Shown: positions 25,604-39,347 of the stretch, one piece after another | Layout: the number at the start of each line of letters is the position of its first letter | Numbering within the stretch: the first letter of the stretch is position 1 | Assembly: GCA_965153455.1 (NCBI GenBank) | Contig: OZ234493.1 | Span: forward strand, 11,584,213-11,648,212 | Origin: Sphagnum compactum | Lineage: Eukaryota | Length of the DNA stretch: 64,000 nt | Direction of reading: 5' to 3' | Translations under genes and position numbers: made by a program | The notes under the pieces: model-generated | The model's input: only the letters and a program-made list of their open reading frames with translations | The model's database searches: none | Told to the model about the DNA's origin: nothing

Positions 25604-26999
25604 GAAGAAACTATCAACTTTTGCTCGAAGACGCATCTTCAAGCATCTACAAATTTGCAGAGGTCATGGAAGCTCTGGGTCAGGGACTTGACACTGGAGG
25701 AGCACACTGTACATAATGGCAACAGGTGCCATGGATAGCTGTTTGTCTGGTCTCTCAACACACATGAAAAGATGGAAATTTTGCACAGGATGGATCAATG
25801 AAATGAAAAAAAGTATTTCCAAGGACATGGGTGGTCCACTTGGTAAGTGACATATCATATGTACATTGATACACAAGAAGGGTATTAGTCAGTCAGGCTA
25901 CAACGTGTGTGTATTGCTTTTGTAAGATCCGTTATGCCTCCCTCCCACACACTTTGTAAAGGATTTTGAATGCAGCTACAGCAACACTATGGAATTCTGC
26001 AATATTTCAGTCAAAGCAGCAAAAGTAGTAGTAATAGTAATGCCCACAATGACCAACAGAGTGATGGCTGCAAAGTAACTTCTCTCTCTTGAGGGGGAAA
26101 AAAAACCGTGGAGACCCAATTCAAACAGAAATAGCATGAAACACATGCACAACACAGCAAGCTCTTCTTCCAAAGATCTCTTACTCACAGAATTGGTTAA
26201 AGGGTTTTTTTTCCACTTCCTGCAATGCATCTGCAGAAATAACTCCAAATGTTTCATCTCAACACTTATATCATAGCATGGCATTGTGTCTTTGGTTTCA
26301 CACATGCAGACATGTTTTAATTTAAATGATTTGTCAGATTGTTTTAATAATGAATTATTATGCTATTCAATCCATGAAGACAAGAATATATCAAGTAATA
26401 AATGTTCTATTATACCATAGCATATAAATATCACAATGCATGATAACATATAAATGAGCAATATTATGATACAAGCCAAATAACATGCCCAGACTTCAAT
26501 AACTCTGCATCTTTGAGTAATTATTGACAATAGACAACAATGAAATGTCCAAGTAGCTTGCATACACCATAGCAAACTTCCTTTAAATACACTCTTCATG
26601 CACTGTACTGCAGACAGTGATCAAGTTTCAGAAGGCTGAGCCCTTTTTCCCATGGACATACAAAATTATCTCTATGACATTTTACAGACAAAAGCGATCT
26701 TTGATGTCTCAGCCACTTTACACAGGTATTGACAACCATTTCAAATCTCCCAACCCAGAAAAGACTAGTATCCGTAAGCCCTCCTAATATGTATCAATAT
26801 TGTCTCCATTTTTCATACATGTTAATTATGAGCCCTCTTCACATCCCATATGCATGTTGCAATGTTACCAAAGAGCTCAATTGACTAGCAAACAGGCATT
26901 CACTAGAAATAACAAATATACCACTAGGTTTCATTTCTACATCTTCTGTCATTTGCCTGCAATCAAGTGGTTGCATCATGCCACAAACAAGGTGGCCTC

Positions 27000-29900
27000 T
27001 CAGAACCCTGGTGAGTAGTGCTCAAGGTCAGGGTGACCACCTGGGGGACGTGATGGATCCCTGCACATGCAAAGCACCAAACAAGGCAAATTGTGATCTC
27101 AATATCCATAATTTAGTACATCTTAATAGTTTCATGAGTTGCACTTAGTGTCATGTACTCACTAGTCTCCTCTTTCAGAAGAAGTCACTATTACAAGAGA
27201 AAAAGCAGCTCATCACAGTATGTTTTAAATTGGGGACACTGTGCTTTGATTAGAGGTTGAACAAGCACACCTGGCAAAGCGATTCCTTTCAAACCCTGGG
27301 ACACCCGGGGGCCCATAAGGATCAAATCTCGCACCTGGGACCACACCTCTACAAGGAAGAAAAGCATGGAGCACAACAAACAGTGTCATCAACATGTTTG
27401 AAGAGAAGCCCTGCCATTGCATCACAAAAGAACTGCCCTACCCAAGGTGCAACAAGGGTTCAGGGTTGAAATCATCAACCTATTTCACCACACCAGGCTG
27501 GTGATCTCACAGGGATCAGAGTTCAAATTAAGGGATCAGAAAGCAACTGAAGAGACAACAACAGAGTACATTGAAGGATCCAAGGTCACTTACATCCCAC
27601 CAGTGTCTGGAACTCCAACTCCTGGTTCCAACCCACCCATGCGACCCCACCGTGGATCATTTGGGCCTGCAACACAAAAATAGCATCACTTTATCTGTCC
27701 TTGCTCTTGGCTCTTTTAACACTGGAGAACCTCTGAAATTCCCATCCCTCTTATTAAACATATATAGAGAGTTTAGTAGAGATGAACCCCAGAAAACATT
27801 CTACAGATACATGACATGTACCAACAGGTTACCTGGACTCTGATGGCAAATTCCTGCAAGTCTTCTTTCACACAAACAAAAAGTAAATAGTAGGCAACAA
27901 TACCTACATAACAGGTGAATGGAAGCCACTAACTACAGGAGATTAACAGTAATGACGTCCTAAAACAACCAAAACACAACAGAGAATGCCAGAATGGGTC
28001 ATTGAATAGAGGGATGACTATATCAGTATCCATCCCTCCAAAGGCATATAGCAACAGCAATGTGGCCAGAGTTGCATCACAGGTGAACATTGTGCTCTGT
28101 TGTGATAGATGTTCAACAATTAACCAATATTCATATCCTGGTGGCAAGCTGCCTATAATCTCAGTCAAGTCTTGGCATTCTAGAGGTAGATTATGGAATA
28201 GCATACACACCTAGGAGCATTCCATCATATCCCCGCTCAAGCCTGCAGACAACATTCAAGTAATGGAACTCTGTCAGTAGCAGACTATTTATGAATTAGC
28301 ATCACAGAAAAAGCTCTCTTCACTTAAAACAACACTATAAGTTAAACAGCTACCAAAGGAACTTTCTATTAATGTACATCCACATGAAAGCTCAGACAGC
28401 CAATGAAACATATAGGGACAAGATCTCTTGTACATCTAATCCAAGACATCTTGGAGCCTCAGACAGAGAGAAGAAGGAAAGGGCCATACACCTGTTCATT
28501 GGACTTGCTCAATTTGAAGTGAGATAGAAAGCCAGAAGAGTGTGAAGATTACCTTGGACCAAAAATACCAGCACCAGGTGATGGATAGAGATCACCACCG
28601 CCAAATGCAGGCACTGGAGGATAAGCAATCCTGCCACAGAAAACCAAACACTAATTAGGTGAAAGATTCAACTGGTCTATTATAACCCCTCTAATCAGCA
28701 GCATACTGAAGTCCTTTCAGCATCTGGATATGTTAGGAACATTCTGTCCAACAGTACTTGACCTCTGCAGTTGAAAACAATATTTCATTCCTTAGTTAGC
28801 AGGTTGGTATACAAGGACCACAACTTCTTTACAGTCCCTTCACAAATCCATGCAATGGGCTTGTGTCTGAGTGGTTTATTGTACAAATGCTGTTGCACTT
28901 TCACTATGCAGACTCTCTGGGCTGCCATCAGAGAGACTCACTCTCAGTTCACCTCAGTCATCAGGTCATTAACATGGTATCAGTATTCTAGTCTTGTTTC
29001 AATCCATCAGCTGCATGGTGAGACAAGAAGGCTGTCAGCTCATATGGGCATGAAGCCTTTGTTTCATGAATATGAGCTTCTGGAATGGCCAATTGGGCAA
29101 GCAGAGAATATACTGTGATAAAGGTGCCCACCATAATAGTCCTATCAAATTGCCTCAGCTGGAGGTGGTGGTCCACTGGCAGACAGGGTCATGGATGCTT
29201 AATGTTATTCATGTAATGATTGTAGGAATTGAGGGAGGAAAAAACCTCATGCAAATGCTTACATACCCTGGAGATGGATACGGTTGCCGCTCATCAATAA
29301 GAGGATTAACAAGCGGTGGTGAATGCCTGTCCTCTCCTTGCCCAACTCTGCCACCACATCCACAATTACAACAGAGCTGAATCAAACAAAGAACCAGTGA
29401 GACTAGGCAAACGTGGCTGGGTGGATGGCCATAAGAAACTCTCCTTCAGAAGAGTTTCTCACACAATGTAAACACCAGCTCAGGATCACAGGCTTACAAT
29501 TGATCCATAGAAAACCTGGAGATGCTTTCAAAAGGGGAGTAGTCTGTGCAGAAATTATCTTTTGTTTGTGTTACAGAAGACAAGCTCAAAACAAGAAGAT
29601 TGCCAATGTCAGCAACCCCTAAGAGAAAGGAAGGTCAGAACAGATTGCTTTCCCAAATGCCTAATGAAAAAATTCTGCCTTTAAGCAAGCACACACCATT
29701 CAACTTGAAAAATAAACACAACAAAAGCAACACAAGAATCCACAAAACAATCATAAAATTCCAAGACCAGCATGAGGATATTGATGTTGTCAGTACAGCT
29801 ATCATTGCTGAATCAAGGGTAAACTGAGATTGTATCCTCATGTCACAAATCAGCAGGAGTAATGAGAAGGACAAGAGGAACAAAAGAAAAAATTGTCCAG

Positions 29901-31080
29901 AGACTAACCTGCTAGATGAAGCTGTGCCAGGGCTTGGTTTCACAGGTGGTGGGGCAAGCTTTGAAAGGATGGAAGAATGAACACGGTCGACCAAGCCTGG
30001 CAAATTAGTGTACTGCTCAGCATAGTTGGCTGCACCTCCATCAACAGCAAATTCTCTTGGCCTGAAAAACTCAACCATTTGTCAGATTCACATTAAGTTC
30101 AGTGAGATCTGATACCTTGTGACAACTCCCATAACAACAGAATTCAGTGTCCGCACTCAAACATAACACAATGGTCTCCTTAGTGCATCAATATTATCAG
30201 CAAAGTACTTATGACAACCAACAAAAACATAGCTATTGGCATCAAAAGGACAAAACTGACAATCACTGCTTCTAGGGCTTAGTTACAAAGTCAAGGAAAA
30301 AAATTTGAATGTGACCCAAAGATCAGCTAGCTTCTTGAGCCTGAAAACAAATGTTCTTGATGCAAGGTGCTCTGCTAAAAGTTAGTACTGTTTTGGTGTG
30401 TTTCTATATAGCTCTGCTGCTTCCAAAAATGTCTGCAAAAAATAAGGACTGGAGAACTTACTTGAGCTCCAAATTAACAGGGGTATCTACATCAAAAGAG
30501 ACAGCATCAATTAAGAGAGAGTCACCCATAGCCAGGCACTTCACAGTTACTGACTTCGAAAGCCCTAACTCGTTCCCTGCATAGCGAAAGGCGTATGCAC
30601 CATCCATCTCATTCCATCCATCAATTCCAACCTCTGTTTCTTCTCCACTTCCTGAAACACAATACCACAAACAAACCATGAAGACTCTGTCATTACACTG
30701 GAGGGTGCTGCTTCCACTCTATCTACTTCTCTCTGTCGCCACCAAAACCATCATAGAACTCCTCAATCAAGCTTTTGTCTTTCCCATGGAAAAATTATAC
30801 ACCTGAAATCAACTGCAACATCTCGGATATCTCTCTGATATGTGGAGAGAGATTTGTGATATTTCTTTCTTCCAATATCATTGAATAAGTTGATCTAGCA
30901 AGGTCAAACATCCTTGCAAAGTTCACCTGAAGAAGAATTTGCATTGCTGCCAGTTGCTACCAATGAGTAGCCAGCTGCAAGAAATGTGCCATGCACTGCA
31001 AAAACCACCCGCTCCATTGCATTTTGTAGTTGAGGCCGAGCAGCTCTGATGACTCCTAAAACCGCCCCTGGTGTTGTCAT
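27000..31080 (-). CDS. PI31: Proteasome inhibitor PI31 (PSMF1) family protein, 9 exons, 299 aa
   Basis: Exons 31080-30927, 30651-30462, 30061-29909, 29347-29267, 28630-28553, 28242-28211, 27666-27594, 27348-27271 and 27060-27000 (900 nt) join in frame. N-terminal FP domain: VIRAARPQLQNAMERVVFAVHGTFLAAGY...EVGIDGWNE..YAFRY. Pro/Gly-rich tail: GGGDLYP, GMLLGPNDPRW, PGARFDPYGPPGVPGFE, HPDLEH. Confidence 0.92.
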
Positions 31081-32023
31081 TCTTTTCTTACTGATTAGTC
31101 TGCTCCTTCACTTATGCTCCTCGTCTCGTATTTTCTTGTTCTCTGTACCAATAAAATGCATCAGAATCCTTTGCTCATCAGTGCTTCAATTTCTGAATCC
31201 TTCAGATTCATGTATCAACAAATTGCTCTCTTCTGCATCATCCCTTTCCACTTCCTGGCAGAAAATCTCTAGCAGATCAATATATCATCACTTGCTAATT
31301 CTGATTCCAAGCACCCCATTCTTCAAAAGAAAATATCTGACGAATGTCTCCATTTCTCATGTTATACACATGCATAATTGTTTCTCCTCCTTGTGAAGAA
31401 GTCTCTCTCAACTCCAGTAAAACCCTAAAGCTAGGTTTTCTGTTTGTCAGTAACATCACCATGCATCTTCTAGGGTTTGGAGTTTGAACCCACAACAAAC
31501 AGCTTGTCGTAGCATAGCTCTCAAATTTGTTTCCTTTCCTGTGCACAGCTTATATACCTTCTCTCAAGAAACTCCTCCGAATTTTGTAATTATCAACAAC
31601 AAAAACAACAACATCACTCTGATGTACCTGAAACCCCAACCCTAACAAGAAAATCACCGTGCATAAGGAAGAAGACTACTAAAATTCATGGTGAAGAAGG
31701 TTTGCTTCGTCCTTGTCCAATTCCCGACGATCTCGAGCGAGCGCCCCGTTTTCATGTTCCGTTTCCATTTCCAATTCCATTCTAGAAAACAAAATCTCCA
31801 CAAAAGAGAGAAAGAAAACATTGCATACTCACCAGATCTGCAACCAAATTTGTTGACGAAAACTTTGTTCAACCGGTTTCCCGACTGCACCAGAGGCTGA
31901 TGTGCTGAAGATAACCGCAGAGAACGACACGCAATTGTGCACCCACGAAGAAGAAGAAGAGAAGCTCGTTCGTTCGTCGCAACAACACCAAACTCTCTAC
32001 TCTGTTTTCTCTCGCTGCACTTT

Positions 32024-32032
32024 AAACCCTAA
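32024..32032 (+). promoter_or_regulatory. Telo-box (AAACCCTAA) in the divergent PI31/MsrA intergenic region
   Basis: Exact AAACCCTAA near the likely PI31 transcription start region. Function is inferred from known plant telo-boxes. Confidence 0.4.
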
Positions 32033-32252
32033 TCCATGGACCTCAAAAAATATACACAAATATGGGGGGGTCTGTGGAGTAGGCTTGTGCCTCCGGATTG
32101 AAAAACATTTTAAAAATAAATATTTCAATTAAATGTTATGATATTAATTGAAATATATATATTTTAGGGCCAATGGGAATGTTAGAATTGGTAGCCTTGC
32201 ATTTGTTTTTGAGGAATTAATTTGATTTTTTGAAGATTTTTTTTTTTTTTTT

Positions 32253-32353
32253 GCATGGTGAAATATTTGAGTTTCCATAAATCTTGTTTTGCCTTAATAT
32301 ACTTTTTTTTAATGTAAATGGCAAGGCCACAATGTGTGACACACCCCCCCTTG
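32253..32353 (+). repeat. Interspersed ~100-bp repeat, copy 1
   Basis: GCATGGTGAAATATTTGA...GCCTTAA...TGGCAAGGCCACA...GACACACCCCCTTGTT recurs at 44004-44109 in the same orientation. Confidence 0.8.
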
Positions 32354-32924
32354 TTACATCCCTTGTTACATATTATCAGTTCACTCGAGATAACAAAGAA
32401 AACAAATCCAGCAATCTCATTGGCTACAACCATTTGTTTTTGCCCATTAAAAATTTGTGACCTACCCAGATTGTTCAAATCAGTACTTTGAATTTATTTT
32501 TAAGAGTTGCCATATTATTAAAGGAGAACGTCTAATTTAGGCGATTCCTTTTTATTCCTTAATTGTTTTTAAAAATAAAACCCCACCAAACGGGTAGGTT
32601 CTACTAGGGTAGGGTTATCTGTTTTGGCCTCGTCGTTGTGTTTCTTCTAACCGCCGGATCTCATCTTGGGCGATTACCCCAAGACGTACACGCGGTCACC
32701 AGCTCTCGACGTTTGTCGTGCGTGCTTAGCGATCGCTCGCTCGCTCGCGGGTAGCTTCATCTGGTTGTCTGTGATTCTGTGTTGAATGGGAGTTTTGTGG
32801 CATTGATTTCGTGGTCAGACATTTCCCGCAGATTTTGTGAAGCAAAAAAGAAGCACAAGCAAGCGTCTGCATTGCCATTTGGAGACGTTTCTGCGGAAGA
32901 GGGGAGTGGAAGGGAGGGGAAGCG

Positions 32925-33392
32925 ATGTCTGTGCAAAGTTTATCGCTGATTGTAAGCCCATTTCTCTCATCTGCCCTTGTATCGCAAACCGGAAAGACAC
33001 AACTCGCGAGTTCGCTCAAGCATGAATTACCACTAGACAAATCGGTTTTCACGAGCTCCTTTCCTGCTGCTCCTGCTGCCTCGCCAGCGAGAATGATGGA
33101 GAAGAAGGAGGGTGGCGGTCGGAGGTTTTTGAGTATGTTGGGTTTTGGTACTCGAGGATCATCGTCAGCTGCTGAGACGGACCCCACCACCGCCGGCATC
33201 GCTCAAGGCCCTGACGATGATACACCAGCGCCGGGCCAGCAATTTGCTGCTTTTGGAGCTGGTTGTTTCTGGGGCGTGGAACTGGCTTATCAGAGAGTTC
33301 CTGGCGTGACGAAGACTGAGGTCGGGTACACCCAGGGGTATACGCACAACCCGTCCTATAATGATGTATGCTCTGGAACCACAGGTAGGAAT

Positions 33393-33441
<49 letters not shown>

Positions 33442-34783
33442 ACAGAATCATGATTAGGGTTAGGGGTTTCTGCTTCTTGTCTTCACACACAGCAAGTGGA
33501 AGCTTCACGGATTCTTGATGCATTTCGTGAAGGAAGGAAGGAAGAAGAATCATCAGACTTGAGATCTGTTGCTGTTGTTCTTCGGGAATTCCATGGAAAC
33601 CCTCATTCTCTCTCTTTCTGTGCATTTTTTTTCTCCCAGAATCATCATTAGGATTAGGAACTTCTGCTTCTTGTCTTCATACACAGCAACTGGAAGCTTC
33701 ATGGACTCTTGATGCATTTTGTGAAGGAAGGAAGGAAGGCAAAAGAATCATCAGACTTGAGATCTTTTACTGTCGTTCTTCTTAGTGATTCCCATGGAAA
33801 CCCTAATTCTCGTAGGGTTGAAATTTGGTGTTTTTCTAAATCTTGGAAATCGGGAAGATCTATGGTTTTTGCTGAAAACTATTTGTGAAGCAGAAAACCA
33901 ACCTTCATGAATTCTTGATGTATTTCATGAAGGAAGAAGAAGAAGAAGAAGCATTGGACTCAACACTGTTGTTTGTTCTTCTTGAATAATAATTTCGTGC
34001 AAACCCCTCTCTCTTTGGGAAAGAAGGAAGCACCGAGGGTTTAAGCCAGCACTGAAGGTTCTTATCATGGAGATTTCTCAAATTCTCATGAGAGTTTTGA
34101 AGATCTGTGAATTATACAGGACATTCGGAAGTGGTGAGGGTAGAATTCAACCCTGCAGAGTGCAGCTACGAAAACCTGCTCGATGTTTTTTGGGCACGTC
34201 ATGACCCCACAACTCTCAACCGCCAGGTAATATTTTTCCACAATATTTTTAGAAGGCTCGTCTTTGATGAGATAGAGTATGATAATCAATCATCTCTCCA
34301 CAACTCATACAGAATACCCTTGAAATCTCATCAGGCTTGTTGATGTTTCTGAAACCTCTAAGAAATCCTTGAAATCTCTTCAGAATTTGAAGTCCCAAAC
34401 CTTTGAAATCATGGGCAGCTTGGCTGTCATGTGATGTAACAGTCGATCTGTGCTTTGTCATGTATATACCCAATTATCATCTATTTGCATTCTGAATGGA
34501 TCTATGGGTTACCTGCTTTGGGTTGTTCCAGGGAGGTGATGTAGGCACTCAATACAGGTCAGGTATTTACTACTACTCGCCAGAGCAAGAGAATGCTGCC
34601 AAGGAGTCGATGCAAAAACAGCAGAAGTTGTTGAATCAAAAGATTGTGACTGAGGTTTTGCCAGCAAAGAAGTTTTACTGTGCAGAGGAATATCACCAAC
34701 AGTATCTGTCCAAAGGAGGTCGTTTTGGTTTTGGACAATCTAGTGAGAAGGGGTGCACAGATCCCATTCGTTGCTATGGCTAA
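32925..34783 (+). CDS. MSRA: Peptide methionine sulfoxide reductase A, probably plastid-targeted, 3 exons, 272 aa
   Basis: Exons 32925-33384, 34120-34226 and 34532-34783 are in frame. Motifs: [10 protein letters not shown] active site, [42 protein letters not shown]-rich N-terminal extension. Confidence 0.96.
33395..33438. repeat. (TC)n microsatellite in MsrA intron 1
   Basis: Direct TC run. Confidence 0.9.
33443..33810. repeat. About 190-bp tandem duplication in MsrA intron 1, with a weaker third copy near 33890-34010
   Basis: CAGAATCAT...TTCTGCTTCTTGTCTTCA...GGAAGCTTCA..GATGCATTT..GAAGGAAGGAAGG..GAATCATCAGACTTGAGATCT...CCATGGAAACCCT.ATTCTC is present at 33443-33610 and 33637-33810. Confidence 0.85.
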
Positions 34784-35477
34784 AAATCATTAACATGGTG
34801 CAATTTTTGGTCTTCATTACTGATCAGACAGATAAAGTTCCGTCTTCTTTAGGGTAGCAGTGTGTGCTAGTTGTATACTATTTGTATGGTCAGACTTCCT
34901 TGCTACACTTCTAGATCTTCCAAACATTCACTGGAAACTCAAATTCTTCTCAAGCAAATTGGAGATTTTAGTATATGCATGAGAGTTAGTATACTAATCT
35001 TCTTATGCAAACGAAAATAAACCTTTCATAAAACAACCGGTTCTTTGCTGTGTATTTTCATGAGAACTGTCGGTTTTTATGAGGGTGTTTGAAAAAGCCA
35101 AAACCAAAGGGTTCTTCAATGTGTTTCTAGGTGGAATAGGCCCTTTACCCCTACCATAGGGCCCATTCCATAGTACGGAAAATCCTGCCCTAATTTTTGT
35201 ATCGAATTTAGATGGCCAGTGTCAGGTGTGAGAACTCAGCAATGATCTTCCAGGATCTTACAAAATGGAAGAAATCTTGCACAGTGGAAGCGCATGTTCT
35301 CTGAAAATTAAGGCAGGTTTTTACTCTGGAGAACGCTAGGGCCAGAGCTCCCATACTTAAAATAGGTACCGACACTTCCAATTGTCTTAACACTTCCAAT
35401 TTACCAATGTAAAATACCCTTTACTTTGGGTTCAAAGTATCAAAACTTTGGTGATTCACTGACCTAGTGACGCTGAA

Positions 35478-35557
35478 GTGGCTTGTAGCCCTTGGTGGTC
35501 CAAAGCTTGGAGGGGATAGGAGGCCAAAGAGACTTGGCCACCAAGAAAAGAATCACA

Positions 35558-35601
<44 letters not shown>

Positions 35602-35816
35602 TGAAAAAATGATGTGGTTTGTAGCCCTTGGTGATCCAAAGCTTGGAGGGGTGCCAAAGAGACTTGGCCACCAAGAAAAGAATCACAAAAACACACACAC
35701 ACACACACGCTCACACACAAAAGGTTGAAAAAATGATGTGGTTTGTAGCCCTTGGTGGTCCAAAGCTTGGAGGGGTGCCAAAGAGACTTGGCCACCAAGA
35801 AAAGAATCACAAAAAA

Positions 35817-35855
<39 letters not shown>

Positions 35856-35876
35856 ACAAAATGTTGAAAAAATGAT
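35478..35876. repeat. Tandem repeat x3 (124-139 bp) with an embedded (CA)n microsatellite
   Basis: Unit GTGGTTTGTAGCCCTTGGTGGTCCAAAGCTTGGAGGGGTGCCAAAGAGACTTGGCCACCAAGAAAAGAATCACAAAA(CA)nAAAGGTTGAAAAAATGAT. Confidence 0.92.
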
Positions 35877-38210
35877 GATTCCGACAATTGTCTACCTTTG
35901 TGTTGCATGGCTTTGCATTCACAATCGACCTTCTAGCATAGGTTAAAAGATGTAAACAACCAAGGTGGTGACATTTCCAAAATAAGGGACTTGGGACACA
36001 ATATGGTAGCCAAGTCCAACCTCACGTTTTGGAAATGTCCCGATTTGTGGGCCTGACCCACCATAAAGCATGGGGGCAAACATTTTCATAAGCTGTAAAA
36101 ACCTCCAAGACTTTTCTTAATGTATTTGGAGGTTCACTTATAGCCGTAAAATATTAGGGGGCGAGAACGGTTAGTAATGTCATAATAGGGCATCAAATGT
36201 GTAAGTGGGAATGAAATTTTACAAAACGAAATAACTGGGACCCAAATTAGTTTTTCCACCAATTTTGGTGGTAAACTCAGTTTTATCCTCTCTTTCCTTT
36301 TTCCTGAGCGCCTGCATTGATGCTACGTATTTTTTCACTGCTCCTACCTGTACAAGTACTATAATTACTTTTGAACCTTGTGCATTAAATGCTGAGTTTC
36401 GACATTTCATACTGAGATTTAATAAATTTTTCCTTACTTTGGGGATACCACTGAAAGCGGGGATAGGGGGTGAAAGAGATGGTGACTTTACGGAAAACTT
36501 TAGTGCAGTCGGAAATTTCTCAGAATGCTTAAACCCATGTTTCCAACCAGAGTGTTTTCATTTCCTTTGCACTATGGTTGCATTTTACATTCCCCCAAAA
36601 TCATGACTTGTTGCTTAGGGTTCAAGTATGAACATGAGCTTTATTACCCAGCTACCCAATGCATTTTCTTAGTTGTTTTGTGTGTTTATGTTTGATTGCT
36701 TCTGCAACCACACTCCACTACACAACCATATACCTTGGTGGTGGAAATGTGTGTGATTTCACAACGTTGAATTTGCAATATTTTTCATGCTTGTGTGTTT
36801 GCAACGCGGTATTGAAGTACATAGTTTGGAGTTCTAACACCAAAAAGAATTTGGGTATTGGGTGGGAAAGCAAATCAAGAAGCATGGAGATTTGACGACA
36901 TGATTTTTTTTGTTCAGAGTTCCGGGACCAAAAAATATTGGGTGTTGGGTGGGAAAGCCAAATGAATCATGGAGATTTGATGTCATGAGTTTTTCATGAA
37001 TTGGATTGGGTGGATTGGGAAAGAATCCAACTTGTTTTTAGGGCCTGTTTGATTCAAGTCATTGATTCTCATTCATGAGAAAGAGAGACCCAAATTTCAT
37101 GGTGTGTTTTTGTTGGGATTTTGGAGGTTTTTGTTTTTACCACAAAAGCTTGAAGAATGATGAGAAGTTGTCGGTAAATTAATGGAGCTTGTTTTAGTGC
37201 AGCAGGGACAACAGGATTTCAATTTCATGTGGAATAGAGTTGGTGTGCAAAGAAAGAGAAATTGTTGATTTGTGATGAATCTGGTGAAATGGAAACCAAA
37301 AAAAAATGGGTTTCTTCGTTGTTCGTTAGTGCATGAGACTTTTAGATTTGACATTCTTTGCAGAATCTGTCTGTTGTAAGCAAAGCATCAGAGTGGTGCT
37401 ACAAGAGAGGAGAAGGAGGAGTGATGAATTTGTGGGTCAGCTTGTTTGTGTGCAACAATTTTTGTCAGTGCAAATTGACAGGTGTTTCTGAAGAATCACT
37501 CCTATCTGATCTGCTGGAAGTTGGTTTTTAGGGTTGCATTTTTGGAGTTGTTGGACAAGTAAAGCTCTAGCTTGGGGTGGTATTTAGGGTTACATTTTTG
37601 GAGCTGTTGGACAAGCAAAGAGCTCCAACTTGGGGTATGTGCAAGAGGTATGCGTATGCCCATGGAAGGAAATTTTTTTTAGGGTTTAAGGTTTTTGTTT
37701 TATTTTTCCTACCCCTGAAGCCCTTTCTGTTTTGCATTTTGTGGTTGTATGAAAGCAGAACAAAGAGTTATGCTCATGCAGATTGTGAAATTTTGTAGCT
37801 TGATGATGATTTTAGTATGTTGTTTTGCTCGTCCTTTGCGTAGTTTTTACAGTTCTGGGCAAGCAAAGTTGCTGCCACTAGTGCATCTTGATGAATTTCT
37901 TGGCTAATTGAGCTTTCGGGTAGTGAATTCATTCAAGAAGAACTGCTGTTATGCTCTGCAGGCTCTCTAATCCAGCTGAGAAAACTGTATCTGGAATGTA
38001 GGTTTTTCTCCTTTCTTTGTCTCTCTGTTTGTGATCCAAAATCTTAGCTGGGTGCTTGTGAAGTTTGATGCCTGATTCAGTCATTCATGCTTTGAACTAT
38101 TTTGTTGTCTTCTGATCATAGTGATTCTCCTGTTGTGCAGTACAGTGATCTGCTAGTTTTTTCTCACACGGGTACAAAGGAAAACAGGAGTACAGGAGAC
38201 CACTGCTACA

Positions 38211-39347
38211 ATGATGCTGGTAAAAGAGACAGTAATGAAGGAGACTCTATGGGGAAACCTTCCTTCAGAGATTCTAGAGAGGGTACTTGCTTTCTTGCCA
38301 GTTGATAGTCTCATCCGGATGAGATGTGTCCAGAGAAGGTGGAATGAGCTGATTGCCAACTCACACAGCTTTGCAAAGCATCATGCAAACTTTTCTCCTC
38401 ATTCACCATGGTTCATGCTTTTCACAAGGCAGATGTCATGCTTCCTGGCTTATGATATCAACTGCAATAAGTGGCATCGGGTGTCTGTCCCTGGTACACC
38501 ATTTCTTCCCAACCAGTTGCCTTTGTCAACAGACAGTGGATTGGTCTGTTACAGGCGGCGCTTTGTTGCTCATAAACGTCAGCAGCAGGAGCCAATTGAG
38601 CTCCTCGTGTGTAACCCTCTTACAGGTTCTTCCCGACAGCTACCCTCCCTCAATGCACTGAAAATTGAGGTACTGGGCATGGTTTGTGGTCTCGAGGCTG
38701 ATGGTGCTGCATACAGAATCTTCACTGTGGCGAATGTAAGTACGCTGGTGGGGGGATCATGTGACTACAAGGTCATTCTTTATGATTCGGTAACCAACCA
38801 ATGGACAACAGAGTGTTCATTTCAATCAGACGAGACATGGGTTCCAAGGCCTGCCATCTGGTTTCAGGGATCCTTCTGTTTTTTGTCACAGAGTGAAACT
38901 TTCTACACATTACAATTCTATGACATGCAACAACGGATGTGGATCGAACATGCAACAAAGAGGGAACAGTTCTTTTTCCACAATGATCCATTTCTGATGG
39001 AGTGTCAAGGTCGGCTGTTCATCGTGGGCGATACCCTTCAGATCTGTTTTCAGATCTTGGAGCTTGTGGAGGAGGAGGCAAAGGCGGAGGAGACTCACAG
39101 ATCAAGAAAGTGGGTCAAATTTGATGTGATGCCAAGATCCCTTTACTTGGACTACTTTGAGAATATGAATGTCATTGTGGCTGGGAATGGGAATTTCATC
39201 TTTTTCCAGACCCAAGGCTGTGAACGAACTCTCATGTACAATATCTCTCATAAAAGCTGGCAGTGGACATCAGATTCTGGGGTTGTATCCCAAGGTTCAC
39301 CATACACCGGACTCATGTTTCAACCTCGCATTGGAGCTGTAGCATAG
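38211..39347 (+). CDS. F-box protein with kelch-like/F-box-associated C-terminus, single coding exon, 378 aa
   Basis: N-terminal F-box WGNLPSEILERVLAFLPVDSLIRMRCVQRRWN, then SGLVC, LLVCNPLTGSSRQLP, LYDSVTNQW, LMECQGRLFIV, LMYNISHKSWQW and terminal FQPR. Confidence 0.92.
   Translation: MMLVKETVMKETLWGNLPSEILERVLAFLPVDSLIRMRCVQRRWNELIANSHSFAKHHANFSPHSPWFMLFTRQMSCFLAYDINCNKWHRVSVPGTPFLPNQLPLSTDSGLVCYRRRFVAHKRQQQEPIELLVCNPLTGSSRQLPSLNALKIEVLGMVCGLEADGAAYRIFTVANVSTLVGGSCDYKVILYDSVTNQWTTECSFQSDETWVPRPAIWFQGSFCFLSQSETFYTLQFYDMQQRMWIEHATKREQFFFHNDPFLMECQGRLFIVGDTLQICFQILELVEEEAKAEETHRSRKWVKFDVMPRSLYLDYFENMNVIVAGNGNFIFFQTQGCERTLMYNISHKSWQWTSDSGVVSQGSPYTGLMFQPRIGAVA

Noticed and set aside
35456-35946. 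Several HT/CV-repeat ORFs
   Set aside because: Translations of the (CA)n minisatellite.
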